Shown here in pieces: positions 43,462 to 51,814 of a stretch of 64,000 bases of DNA (its first letter is position 1; every line of letters begins with the position of its first letter). Where the stretch lies: positions 150,146-214,145 of the forward strand of contig JBBIML010000009.1 in the NCBI GenBank assembly GCA_037444405.1, in the 5' to 3' direction. Below the pieces are notes generated by a model, which worked only from the letters and a program-made list of their open reading frames with translations, had not been told where the DNA came from and did no database searches. The position numbers and the translations under genes were made by a program. The stretch is from Armatimonadota bacterium. GTDB lineage: Bacteria; Armatimonadota; Fimbriimonadia; Fimbriimonadales; GBS-DC.

Positions 43462-45072
43462 CTATTTGCCTTCCACATACGCTTTCAGACCGCGTACGAT
43501 GGCGTCGGCGATGGCGTCCTGAAACTTCGGATCCAGCAGCTTTTTGCGGTCGTACCAGTGGTTCAGGAAGCCGACCTCGATCAGCACAGCGGGCATCTGG
43601 CTGGTGCGCAGCACGGCTAACCCGCTCTGATAGAGGGTGGTGTCGGAGCGCACGCCCTTGGAAGGTAGCCCGCTGACCCTGACAATCTCGTTCAGAATCG
43701 CCTGCCCCAGCGCGCGGCTGTCCGCATCATCGCGATGGTAGTAGATGGTGGTGCCCGACGCGGAGTTCGGACGGGCATTCGAATCGCAGTGGATGCTGAT
43801 GAAGAAATGCGCACCCGCCTGATTCGCCATCGCGGTGCGCTCATAAAGCCCAATATGGGCATCTTCGGCGCGGGTCATAATCACGCTTGCGCCCTGACGC
43901 GCCAGCCGCTCGGCAACCTTCAGACCTATCGCCAGTGTGATCTCCTTCTCGTAGATGGTGCGCTTGCCTTCGGTGAAGCGGGCGCCAGGGCGATGACCGC
44001 CGTGTCCTGGGTCAATCACGATAATCTTCTGGCGGAGGGTTCCCCCAGCGCCGCGTGGCATGCGCAGGTTCACGGTGAGCTGATTCTTGCCCGTGAGCAG
44101 GTTCACACCGACCACCCGCGCCAGCTCCAGCACGAGGCGCACCATGCCGTTGTCCAGCGGCGCCGCGCGCATCGCCCGCACCAGCGACTGCTCGTCATCA
44201 ATTGCCTGCTCGACGGCTTCGGACAGCACGCCGGGCACATCCAGCACGATTCGGATGGGGTTCTCCAGAAACATCAGGCGCGGGCGTGTGCCTTCCGGGA
44301 TGGGGAGACGAATCTGCACGCCGTCGCGGGTTCGCTCCAGCGCGGGCAAGGTGAACGCACTAACAGGTGGCTGGGCGATTTGCAGGGGCTGATCGCGCAA
44401 CGCGAGCGTCCATTCGGCGGCGGTTCCCTCCAGACGCAGGCTGATGGGCGCATCGGTTTCCAGCACCACGCGCGTGGTCTGCGGGTCGAACTGCCCGATG
44501 CGCACGGCTTTCACGCGCGGGTGTGAGCCTTCAGGTGTGGGTGGGTCATCGGGGATGCGGCAGCCGATGAGATCGATCACCACGCGCGGCGGATCGGTCA
44601 GCGTGAAGGCTTTCCAGAGAACGGGCAGGCTCGTGCGCAGGCGAACGCCGTCATCGTCAGGGCTGAGCTGAACCGCCCGCAGGTCTGCCAGCACCGTCAG
44701 CGTGCGTTGCTCGGCGTCCCAGCGGGTGTAGCCGCCAAGCGCCTGCACCAGTTGGCGCAGGGGCACGCACGGCAGCGCAACCGTGTCATATTCCGCAGGC
44801 TCGTATGATTTGAGTTCAATCACCACAGGCGGTTGCGTTTCGACGGGCTGACCGGAGTTGTCAAGAGCCTCTAACGATTCTGGCTCCAGCACTTCAGGCG
44901 AGATACCCACCGCCTGCAGGTGCATCACGGGCAGCCACAGCTCCCGCCCATCCCAGAGAGGTGGCGGTTGCAACGAGGGGGTCTCGCCGCGCACGCGCAA
45001 GTTTGCCGGCTGAAGGTCGGCGCTCCAGCCGGCAACCATCAGTAGCCACAGCGCAATCCACAACCTGCGCAT
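43462..45072 (-). CDS. N-acetylmuramoyl-L-alanine amidase with AMIN domains
   Basis: Signal peptide, PPRVVIDL and PIRIVLDV AMIN motifs, VIDPGHGG, EK, FISIHCD, PAVLIEVGFL. Confidence 0.94.
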   Translation of the reverse strand: MRRLWIALWLLMVAGWSADLQPANLRVRGETPSLQPPPLWDGRELWLPVMHLQAVGISPEVLEPESLEALDNSGQPVETQPPVVIELKSYEPAEYDTVALPCVPLRQLVQALGGYTRWDAEQRTLTVLADLRAVQLSPDDDGVRLRTSLPVLWKAFTLTDPPRVVIDLIGCRIPDDPPTPEGSHPRVKAVRIGQFDPQTTRVVLETDAPISLRLEGTAAEWTLALRDQPLQIAQPPVSAFTLPALERTRDGVQIRLPIPEGTRPRLMFLENPIRIVLDVPGVLSEAVEQAIDDEQSLVRAMRAAPLDNGMVRLVLELARVVGVNLLTGKNQLTVNLRMPRGAGGTLRQKIIVIDPGHGGHRPGARFTEGKRTIYEKEITLAIGLKVAERLARQGASVIMTRAEDAHIGLYERTAMANQAGAHFFISIHCDSNARPNSASGTTIYYHRDDADSRALGQAILNEIVRVSGLPSKGVRSDTTLYQSGLAVLRTSQMPAVLIEVGFLNHWYDRKKLLDPKFQDAIADAIVRGLKAYVEGK

Positions 45073-45163
45073 GTCTCAAGCCCCGTTACTGATAGATAAA
45101 TGGCGGCTTAAGTGTACTCCTCAAGCCACACCCTATACTTTACCTCTCCTGCCCTTCACCGGC

Positions 45164-45522
45164 TCACACTTCAGCCCCCTCTTCCCTCTCCGAAGAAAGC
45201 ATGGTTGAGGGACAGGCAGGATACAGAACAATACCTTCCTGAACCGCCTCATTCACAATTGCAGAGACCTGCTGAACCTGCTCAAATTCGGCAGGCGTGT
45301 AGCATAGAAAATGACTCGCTCAGGTTTGAGCTGCTCGCAAATACGCGGCAAAGCGTGCTGGATAAATCGCTGAATAATCAGGTCTTTCTTCATATTTTCA
45401 ACCGACTGATGTGCCAGAAAGGCTGCCACATCGTAACCCTCGATAGTTAGATTGCGGCGTGCCATCTCCAGATCGTGAATCGCCTGCTGGTACCAGCGTT
45501 TTGCCACCTCACGCGCATTCAC
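45164..45522 (-). pseudogene. Collapsed HEPN-MNT toxin-antitoxin remnant
   Basis: HEPN N-terminus (RWYQQAIHDLEMA...AAFLAHQSVE) runs straight into an MNT-like start (ATG 45393, ...LKPERVIF); an MNT-like tail (LCYTPAEFE...IVNEAVQEGIVLY) follows in another frame. Confidence 0.75.
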
Positions 45523-45622
45523 ACCAGCAGTATACCCTCTTTCAAAGGGCGTGACGAATGGTGTAAGAGGGGGTTCACCAGCGATTTTATATGGGAGGCG
45601 GCATCGGGTATACTGATGAGGC

Positions 45623-45717
45623 TGGAGGGGAGTAGCGCCTGCTTCAGCAGCAGGGATGGGCATCGTCAGGACGCTGCATCGGCAGCCGGTGCCCATCATG
45701 AAACAGCGAGACCTCCA
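45623..45717 (+). promoter_or_regulatory. yybP-ykoY (Mn2+) riboswitch aptamer
   Basis: GGGGAGUAGC...CGUCAGGAC...CCGG...GCGAGACC consensus blocks, P1 UGGAGG/CCUCCA, upstream of a TerC gene; GGTATACT box at 45607-45614. Confidence 0.9.
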
Positions 45718-45755
45718 TCGCTCTGGTGCAGGGCGGTGGAGGTCTCGCGCTTTTT
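45706..45755 (+). terminator. Riboswitch expression-platform intrinsic terminator
   Basis: GCGAGACCTCCATCGCTCTG-gtg-CAGGGCGGTGGAGGTCTCGC 20-bp stem (two G-U pairs) then GCTTTTT; its 5' arm overlaps aptamer P1. Confidence 0.88.
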
Positions 45756-45767
45756 ATAGAGGCACGC

Positions 45768-46709
45768 ATGGAGGAGATTACGGCAGTCTTCTGGGCAATC
45801 TTTGGCGTGGTGGTTGGAACCTGTATCGCGATCGATCTGTTCGTGTTTCACCGTCGGGCGCACGAGGTGCGCTTCCGTGAAGCACTCGCGTGGGCGATTA
45901 CCTGGGTCACGCTCGCGGGACTGTTCAATCTGGGCATCTACTTCTGGCACGGCAAGCAGTGGGCGGTGGAGTTCCTTGCAGCCTATCTGGTGGAGCTGTC
46001 GCTGAGCGTGGATAACCTGTTCGTGTTTCTGGTGATTTTCACCTACTTTCGGGTGCCAGCCGCCTATCAGCATCGAGTGCTGTTCTGGGGCGTGATTGGC
46101 GCACTGGCGATGCGAGCGATTTTTATCATGACGGGACTGACCCTGCAGAACCTCTTTCACTGGATGGTGTATGTGTTCGGGGCGATTCTGATCCTCACAG
46201 GGCTGCGGCTGGTGCTGAAGCCGTCGGAGGAGGTGGAGATCGAACGCAATCTGGTCCTGCGCATCGCCCGCCGCCTGATACCCGTTACGCCCGACTATCG
46301 CGGGCAGCACTTTTTTGTGCGCTGGCACGGGCGCATCGCAGCCACCCCGCTGTTCATCACGCTGCTGATGGTGGAAAGCACCGATCTCATGTTCGCCATC
46401 GACTCGGTGCCCGCCGCGCTGGCGATTTCGCAGGATCCGTTCGTGGTGTACACCTCCAACGCGCTGGCGGTGCTGGGATTGCGCTCGTTTTTCTTCGTGC
46501 TATCGGGCTTCATGAGCGCGCTCTCCTACCTGCATTACGGCTTGTCGCTGATTCTGGCGTTTATTGGTGTAAAGATGATACTGTCGCCGTTTTACAAGAT
46601 TCCGACGGGCTGGTCACTAACGGTGATTGCGAGTGTGTTGCTGGTCACGGTTCTGCTATCGCTGCTGTTCCCGCCCAGAACGCCTGTGGAAGAGACCAGC
46701 GAACCATAA
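45768..46709 (+). CDS. TerC/Alx family membrane protein (Mn2+ homeostasis)
   Basis: ELSLSVDNLFVF, QHRVLFWG, ESTDLMFAIDSVPA, YTSN..LGLR. Confidence 0.95.
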   Translation: MEEITAVFWAIFGVVVGTCIAIDLFVFHRRAHEVRFREALAWAITWVTLAGLFNLGIYFWHGKQWAVEFLAAYLVELSLSVDNLFVFLVIFTYFRVPAAYQHRVLFWGVIGALAMRAIFIMTGLTLQNLFHWMVYVFGAILILTGLRLVLKPSEEVEIERNLVLRIARRLIPVTPDYRGQHFFVRWHGRIAATPLFITLLMVESTDLMFAIDSVPAALAISQDPFVVYTSNALAVLGLRSFFFVLSGFMSALSYLHYGLSLILAFIGVKMILSPFYKIPTGWSLTVIASVLLVTVLLSLLFPPRTPVEETSEP

Positions 46710-46717
46710 GATGGCTT

Positions 46718-48079
46718 CTACCAGCGCACGCGCTCCAGCAGGGGGTTATCGCAAGGGGCGCGACCCTCTTTGGCGAGCGGAACCCATTCGCCATCGATTT
46801 CCACACGCACCACATCGGCGGTGAAGTCGGTGTTGGTACCCTCCAGACTGCTGTTGTTGAAGAAGGCGGAGCCAACGCCGTAAATATCGACGGGCGCGCC
46901 CTGCGCTTCGAATTCGCGAATGCGTCGCTCGTTGAACCCGCCTGTCGCCACGATTTTGATCTGGCGGCACCACTCGGCAGCCCGTGCGCGCCACTCGGTG
47001 GGCAAGCCCCACGATTGCCACGCGCTATCGAGCGCCTCGCGCAGCGCGAAAATCAGGCGCGGGTTGACCCCGTACAGGTCGGGCGAATCGGGCAGATGCT
47101 GAAGGCTGCGGTCGCGCAGCTCGGCGGCGGTATCGGGGCGCACACCATAGAGTGTGTAGCGACGGGCACCCTCTGCATCGCCCCGCTCCATCGCCTGCCG
47201 ATAACGCTCAAAAAAGGCGCGGGTAACCGCCAGGGCGGTGTTCACGCAATCGTTATCGAAGTCGACCAGCGCGATTCGGGGCACTTCGGGCGGCAGGATT
47301 CGGGCAAACTGCAACATCAGCTCCACCGTGTCGCCCAGGAAGGTGGCAATCATCGCATGGGCAACCGTGCCGCCAGCGCGACCGCCCCATAACGACGCCT
47401 GCGCCGGCGTGGACACTATCGCGGGCACCTGCTTGCCCGTATCATGGTTGTAGCGTTGCACGCCGATATAGTAGGCATAGCCATCGATGGCTTGCGTGGC
47501 GGGCAGGTCGAAGCGGGCAGGGAAGAAGAGGATCGGCTTGCCTCCTGCCGCTTCCATCAGGCGGTAAGTGTTGGTCGCGATTCGGCTGGCGCGGGTCAGC
47601 ACGCCAAGCGTGGGCGTCTCCAGAATCGCGAAGTCGCGATAGCGCCCGCGCACGCGCAGAACGGGCGAAACGCGCAGCGGGTCGCCCGCATAGGGCGCCA
47701 GATCGCCGTCCTGAACGGCTTCCACCTCCAGCTGATGCGCCGTGTTGATGAAGTTGCCGTTCTCGTCCCAGTAGCCCGTGCATTGCTGGAGGATGGCGAG
47801 CGCGATGTCCACCCCTGCCACGACGGTGAAGGGTTTGCGCCGCGGAAACCACTGCATCTCCACGCGCTGGTCGCCTGTGGGCACGGATGGAGTGGGCGAG
47901 CGCCCCAGCGATTCCAGACGGTGTGAGCGCCCGCTGAAGCGATAGCCCTCGCGCGCGAGCGTGGTCAAAATGTGCGCCCCGTTCCAAAAATAGCGGTCGG
48001 AATAGTCGCCGCGGCGCAGTCCGTCCCAGTCCAGATCGAGTTCCCCTGCCTGCAGCCGCCTGCCATCAAAGCGTGCCAT
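46718..48079 (-). CDS. Nicotinate phosphoribosyltransferase family protein
   Basis: YSDRYF, LETPTLG, FFPARFD, GTVAHA, ALVDFDND, GVRPDT, ATGGF, YGVGS. Confidence 0.85.
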   Translation of the reverse strand: MARFDGRRLQAGELDLDWDGLRRGDYSDRYFWNGAHILTTLAREGYRFSGRSHRLESLGRSPTPSVPTGDQRVEMQWFPRRKPFTVVAGVDIALAILQQCTGYWDENGNFINTAHQLEVEAVQDGDLAPYAGDPLRVSPVLRVRGRYRDFAILETPTLGVLTRASRIATNTYRLMEAAGGKPILFFPARFDLPATQAIDGYAYYIGVQRYNHDTGKQVPAIVSTPAQASLWGGRAGGTVAHAMIATFLGDTVELMLQFARILPPEVPRIALVDFDNDCVNTALAVTRAFFERYRQAMERGDAEGARRYTLYGVRPDTAAELRDRSLQHLPDSPDLYGVNPRLIFALREALDSAWQSWGLPTEWRARAAEWCRQIKIVATGGFNERRIREFEAQGAPVDIYGVGSAFFNNSSLEGTNTDFTADVVRVEIDGEWVPLAKEGRAPCDNPLLERVRW

Positions 48080-48249
48080 CTAAGTAAGATTGTACCTGTT
48101 CCAGGCGATACTGTCCCTGCGCGTTGATGCGCAAAGACGGATGCCAGCCCTCTGCTACAACCCACTCAAACCGCCACGGGAGGGCGCGTTCGCGATACAG
48201 CACGAGGACACTAAGTGCCCTTGCGATATGATTTCAGCATGGGGGTTTA

Positions 48250-48315
48250 TGGACTGCGGAAGCGCAGCTTCCGCACCACCTTGATCCCACGCTGAAGCGG
48301 CGCTTCAGCACTCCA
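48250..48315. repeat. Inverted doublet of REP-like palindromes (REPIN-like)
   Basis: TGGAC-TGCGGAAGC-gca-GCTTCCGCA on + and TGGAG-TGCTGAAGC-gcc-GCTTCAGC on -, 15 nt apart. Confidence 0.72.
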
Positions 48316-48349
48316 CATTAGCGGTGCTGAAAATAAAATGCAACGGCAC

Positions 48350-48754
48350 TTAACACCCTGAACCGAAGTTGAACAACACCACCAGCAGGTCGGCATCATC
48401 CACCACCGCATCGCAGTTCACATCCGCCGGATTGGAACCTGTCGCCCCAAACGCAAACAACACCTGCAACAAGTCCGCATCATCCACGCAGCCGTTGCCA
48501 TCTACATCCCCATTCGTCGGCACGCAGCCCACCACAAACCAGAAGCCGCCAGTGAGGCTGTAAGTGCCTCCTGTAAGCGCGTTGCTCGCGTCGGGCTGAC
48601 CGATGGTGCCGCCCATGGTGAAGCTGCCGCCGGTGGCGAAGGTGACTCCGCCGCTGTCTATCGTCCACCAGCTGAGGTCGTAGCCGCCGCCCGACTGGGC
48701 GCAGGCGACGCCGATCAGCGTTGTGAGTAGCGCGCTTGTCATCAGTGTCCTCAT
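48350..48754 (-). CDS. Small secreted protein: Gly/Trp-rich beta segment plus dockerin-like tag
   Basis: Signal peptide, QSGGGYDLSWWTIDSGG...GTIGQPDA...LTGGFW, dockerin-like repeat ending GSGC; ATGA overlap with the upstream gene. Confidence 0.85.
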   Translation of the reverse strand: MRTLMTSALLTTLIGVACAQSGGGYDLSWWTIDSGGVTFATGGSFTMGGTIGQPDASNALTGGTYSLTGGFWFVVGCVPTNGDVDGNGCVDDADLLQVLFAFGATGSNPADVNCDAVVDDADLLVVLFNFGSGC

Positions 48755-51210
48755 GGATTTGCCTCCTTCTGTCGAGCTTTACGCTCCTCGATGGACTTCA
48801 GCCGCGCTTGCCACGCCTGCGCAGGGTCTTCGCCTGCGGTCAGAACTTCATCCCACGGGTGGTACACCCGAAAGTCGCGATGGTCTTTGCGCACGGCTTT
48901 CACCTCCCAGTCAAACTCGTAGTTGCCGCGCCCGTTCAGCAGCTCCGCGACCTCAATCCCATCTAAGCTCACACGCACAGCGGCTAACCCGCGCGATTCG
49001 GCAGAGCGCGGCGTCAGTTGCACGGTCATGCCCTGTTCGTCGGCGAGTTTGCGGAAGTGGTCGGGCAGTTCGATGCGGGCACGCCCGTTGACCAGTCGCG
49101 CCGTGCCGCGCACATACATCGCGAGTTCGGGACCTTCGATACAGCCGTACCAGATGTCGCGCGTGGGGTCTTCGGGGTCTGGCTCGCGGAAGAATTTATC
49201 CTCCGCAAGGAGAGTGCCTCTCCCGTTGGGGGCGACATAGATGAGTGCCTTCAAGGTACCGTTGCTATCATAAACCGCTGCGGAACCGTGATCTGGATAG
49301 CCAGCCATCCATGTCAGGCGTGCGTTGGGGTTGCCATTTGGTCCAAAGGTTGCAACGACTCCAACATACGAGCCGCCTCCTGCATCCTCGACCCGTGCTT
49401 CCACGCGCCTCCAGTTCGGGTCTGTGCTGCCTCCGAGCGTAAAGGTGTTGCCCCCGACATGCAGGTTGCCGTAGGTGCGCAACGTACCCGAAACGGTCAT
49501 GTTATCCCATACACCGAGCGTGCCGTCGCCTGGGATCTCCAGCGTGGCGGCGTTCGCCTGCCCCTGCCCCAGCAGGCTGCCAGGCAGCACCTGGAGCGTG
49601 GTGTTGTTGTTCGTGAAGAAGGCGCTGTTGTTCACATGCAGGACGCCTGATATGCTCACATCACCATTCGGAGCAATATACACATCAGGACCGCCCGTCG
49701 CGTCACCATACAGACGCAGGTCGTTGAAGCCCACCAGTTGATCCAGCCCGAAAATGCTGCGGTCATCTGCGAGACGGATATTGCCATTGACATGCAGGCG
49801 TTCGCTGGGGCTGCTTGTGCCAATCCCCACATTGCCGTTCGCAGCGATGTAGACATCGGGACCGCCCGTCGCGTCGCCGTAGAGGCGCAGGTCGTTGAAG
49901 CCCACCAGCTGATCCAGTCCGAAGATGCTACGGTCGTTGGCGAGACGCATATCGCCGTTGCCCTGAATGGTGAGGATTTCGTTGCCATTCGGCGCGTCCA
50001 GAAACGAGAAGCGGTCGCTGGGGTTGTTGAGGTGAATGCGAAACTGCCCGGGTCCCACGCCAAAGCCCATCACGCCTGATGCCCCACCGTCCCAGATGGC
50101 GAGCTTGGTGTTGGCGTTGTCGCCTCCCAGCGACAGGCGCACCGATGGGCTGCTTGTGCCAATCCCGATGTTGCCCTGACGCACCACCAGGCTTTCAACA
50201 GGTACAACCATATAGGTGCGCAGCAACAAATCGGCGTTCGCTGACACGCTACTTCTGCCGTTCGGATAGGGATTGTCAATGTCTATGGCAACGAGCAGAC
50301 CGATGGGGTCCACAGCCACGGTGTAGCGTTGTCCTGCGGTCAGGTTGACCCCGCCAATTGCCACTTCATGCCAGCCTGTAAAGTTGCCAGCCGTGACCGT
50401 GCGCTCGGCAAGCAGCGCGCCTCTAGTGCCCTCGCCCGCATACACACGGATGGTCAACGAACCGCCTCCTCCAGTAAGCAGGTAGACCTCGACTCTGGTC
50501 AGCACGCCCGTGATGGTTGGCGTGAACGATTGCCACTGAGAACCACTCGGAAAGTCGTCCGCTGCTGTAGCGGTCTGTTGATCCAGTTGTTCGGCAGAGA
50601 GGCTGCGCACATGCAGGTCGCCCTGCGGGCTGGTGGTGCCAATCCCCACATTGCCTGCGGTGTAGAAGATGTCGCTCCCAACTGCTTGCCAGAAGGCGTC
50701 GCGCAGGTCGGCGCTGGGCGTCCACGCGCTGCCATCCCACTTCAGCACCTGCCCTGTGGCAGGCGTGGCGCCTGAGACGGTTCGCCCCTGCAGGCGCACC
50801 ACCGTCGGGTTCGGATAGTTCCCGCTCAGGTCGCTGCCCGCCGCGCCAATAGGGTTCGCGACGCTGGCGCGAATGGCATACGGAGCAGGGTTGATTTTCA
50901 CACGGGGCGAAAGCACTGTGGAGCCGACGCTAATCTCCAGATAGCGATCCGAGCCGTCCCATACATTTCCAAAGTCCAGCGGCACGGTAAACAGCCCGTT
51001 CTGCACATTCACCGTCTGGGTAATGGTGCTGCCCACCTGCGCTCCCCCTGTAAGCGCGGTGAAGAGTTTGAAACTCATACTGAGCGTGCCGTTCACGGGC
51101 TGTCCGTTCTGTTTGAGGACGCCTTGATAGGTGAACGGTTGCGCAATAACAGGGCTGGTGAGTGTTAGAGCCAGCCATCCGAGAATTCCCAAAAGCATCG
51201 TGTATCGCAT
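48751..51210 (-). CDS. Secreted tail-fibre-like / trimeric adhesin-like protein
   Basis: SD GGAGG, signal peptide then QPFTYQG domain, GQVLKWDGSAW, three GN(V/I)GIGT repeats, C-terminal KFFREPDPEDP...EGPE...VQLTP domain. Confidence 0.75.
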   Translation of the reverse strand: MRYTMLLGILGWLALTLTSPVIAQPFTYQGVLKQNGQPVNGTLSMSFKLFTALTGGAQVGSTITQTVNVQNGLFTVPLDFGNVWDGSDRYLEISVGSTVLSPRVKINPAPYAIRASVANPIGAAGSDLSGNYPNPTVVRLQGRTVSGATPATGQVLKWDGSAWTPSADLRDAFWQAVGSDIFYTAGNVGIGTTSPQGDLHVRSLSAEQLDQQTATAADDFPSGSQWQSFTPTITGVLTRVEVYLLTGGGGSLTIRVYAGEGTRGALLAERTVTAGNFTGWHEVAIGGVNLTAGQRYTVAVDPIGLLVAIDIDNPYPNGRSSVSANADLLLRTYMVVPVESLVVRQGNIGIGTSSPSVRLSLGGDNANTKLAIWDGGASGVMGFGVGPGQFRIHLNNPSDRFSFLDAPNGNEILTIQGNGDMRLANDRSIFGLDQLVGFNDLRLYGDATGGPDVYIAANGNVGIGTSSPSERLHVNGNIRLADDRSIFGLDQLVGFNDLRLYGDATGGPDVYIAPNGDVSISGVLHVNNSAFFTNNNTTLQVLPGSLLGQGQANAATLEIPGDGTLGVWDNMTVSGTLRTYGNLHVGGNTFTLGGSTDPNWRRVEARVEDAGGGSYVGVVATFGPNGNPNARLTWMAGYPDHGSAAVYDSNGTLKALIYVAPNGRGTLLAEDKFFREPDPEDPTRDIWYGCIEGPELAMYVRGTARLVNGRARIELPDHFRKLADEQGMTVQLTPRSAESRGLAAVRVSLDGIEVAELLNGRGNYEFDWEVKAVRKDHRDFRVYHPWDEVLTAGEDPAQAWQARLKSIEERKARQKEANP
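49660..49960. repeat. Internal direct repeat (about 130 nt, 171-nt period) in the fibre-like gene
   Basis: Two copies of RLAxDRSIFGLDQLVGFNDLRLYGDATGGPDVYIA; differences are mostly synonymous. Confidence 0.9.
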
Positions 51211-51360
51211 GGTGTTTACCTCCATACCCTCACTATACACCGGGCTGGCGCGAATGCACGAAATTTGCGGAAAAATGCAACACCCCCCTTGCATCGGGCA
51301 CATCAGGGGGTGCTGGGAGGGGCGGCTTTATGGTGGAACGGCGTTTCCAGGAGAACGGTT

Positions 51361-51804
51361 TCAGAAGGGTGGCGAGGGGGGTGAGCCTGCCGTGCGGACA
51401 CTGATCTCGCGGGTGGCTTCGTTTCCCGCGCGGTCGACCGCTCGCAGCACCACGCGCGCGTCGCCACCTGTGCCCGATGGTGTCCACTGCGCCGTGAAAG
51501 CGCCTGTGTAGGTGCTGCCACCAGATGCCTGCAGCGCCACGCTCGCCTGCGTGTTGTCAGGGTAGGTGATGACGGCAGCAACCGCCTGCACGCCGCTGCC
51601 CACATCCGACACATTCGCGCTGATCTGAGCCGGCACGCCCACCGTGAGCAGGCTGGGCGAGACGGCGAGCGAGCCAATCGCTGGCGGCGTGGTGTCCTGC
51701 ACGGTGCCACCTCCGCCACCGCCCCCTCCACCGCCACAAGCCACAATGAACACGACCGCTATCGCGCTCAGCGTCAGTAGTGCATATTTTTCAAGGGTGC
51801 GCAT
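51361..51804 (-). CDS. Lipoprotein with poly-Gly linker and Ig-like domain
   Basis: Lipobox IVAC followed by G10, DTTPP, AVDRAGN; SD AAGGAGG. Confidence 0.85.
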   Translation of the reverse strand: MRTLEKYALLTLSAIAVVFIVACGGGGGGGGGGTVQDTTPPAIGSLAVSPSLLTVGVPAQISANVSDVGSGVQAVAAVITYPDNTQASVALQASGGSTYTGAFTAQWTPSGTGGDARVVLRAVDRAGNEATREISVRTAGSPPSPPF

Positions 51805-51814
51805 CGGAACCTCC

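Noticed and set aside
45523..45699. N-terminal part of the 148-aa minus ORF 45253-45699
   Set aside because: It is antisense to the riboswitch and spans two promoters; HEPN similarity starts only at GTG 45522.
49660..49960. Repeat pair in the fibre gene as a diversity-generating retroelement TR/VR
   Set aside because: Mismatches are mostly synonymous C/T and not confined to adenines, both copies are in the same ORF, and no reverse transcriptase is present.
48350..51210. Prophage remnant suggested by the tail-fibre-like protein
   Set aside because: It has a signal peptide, and no integrase, capsid, terminase or other tail genes are nearby.
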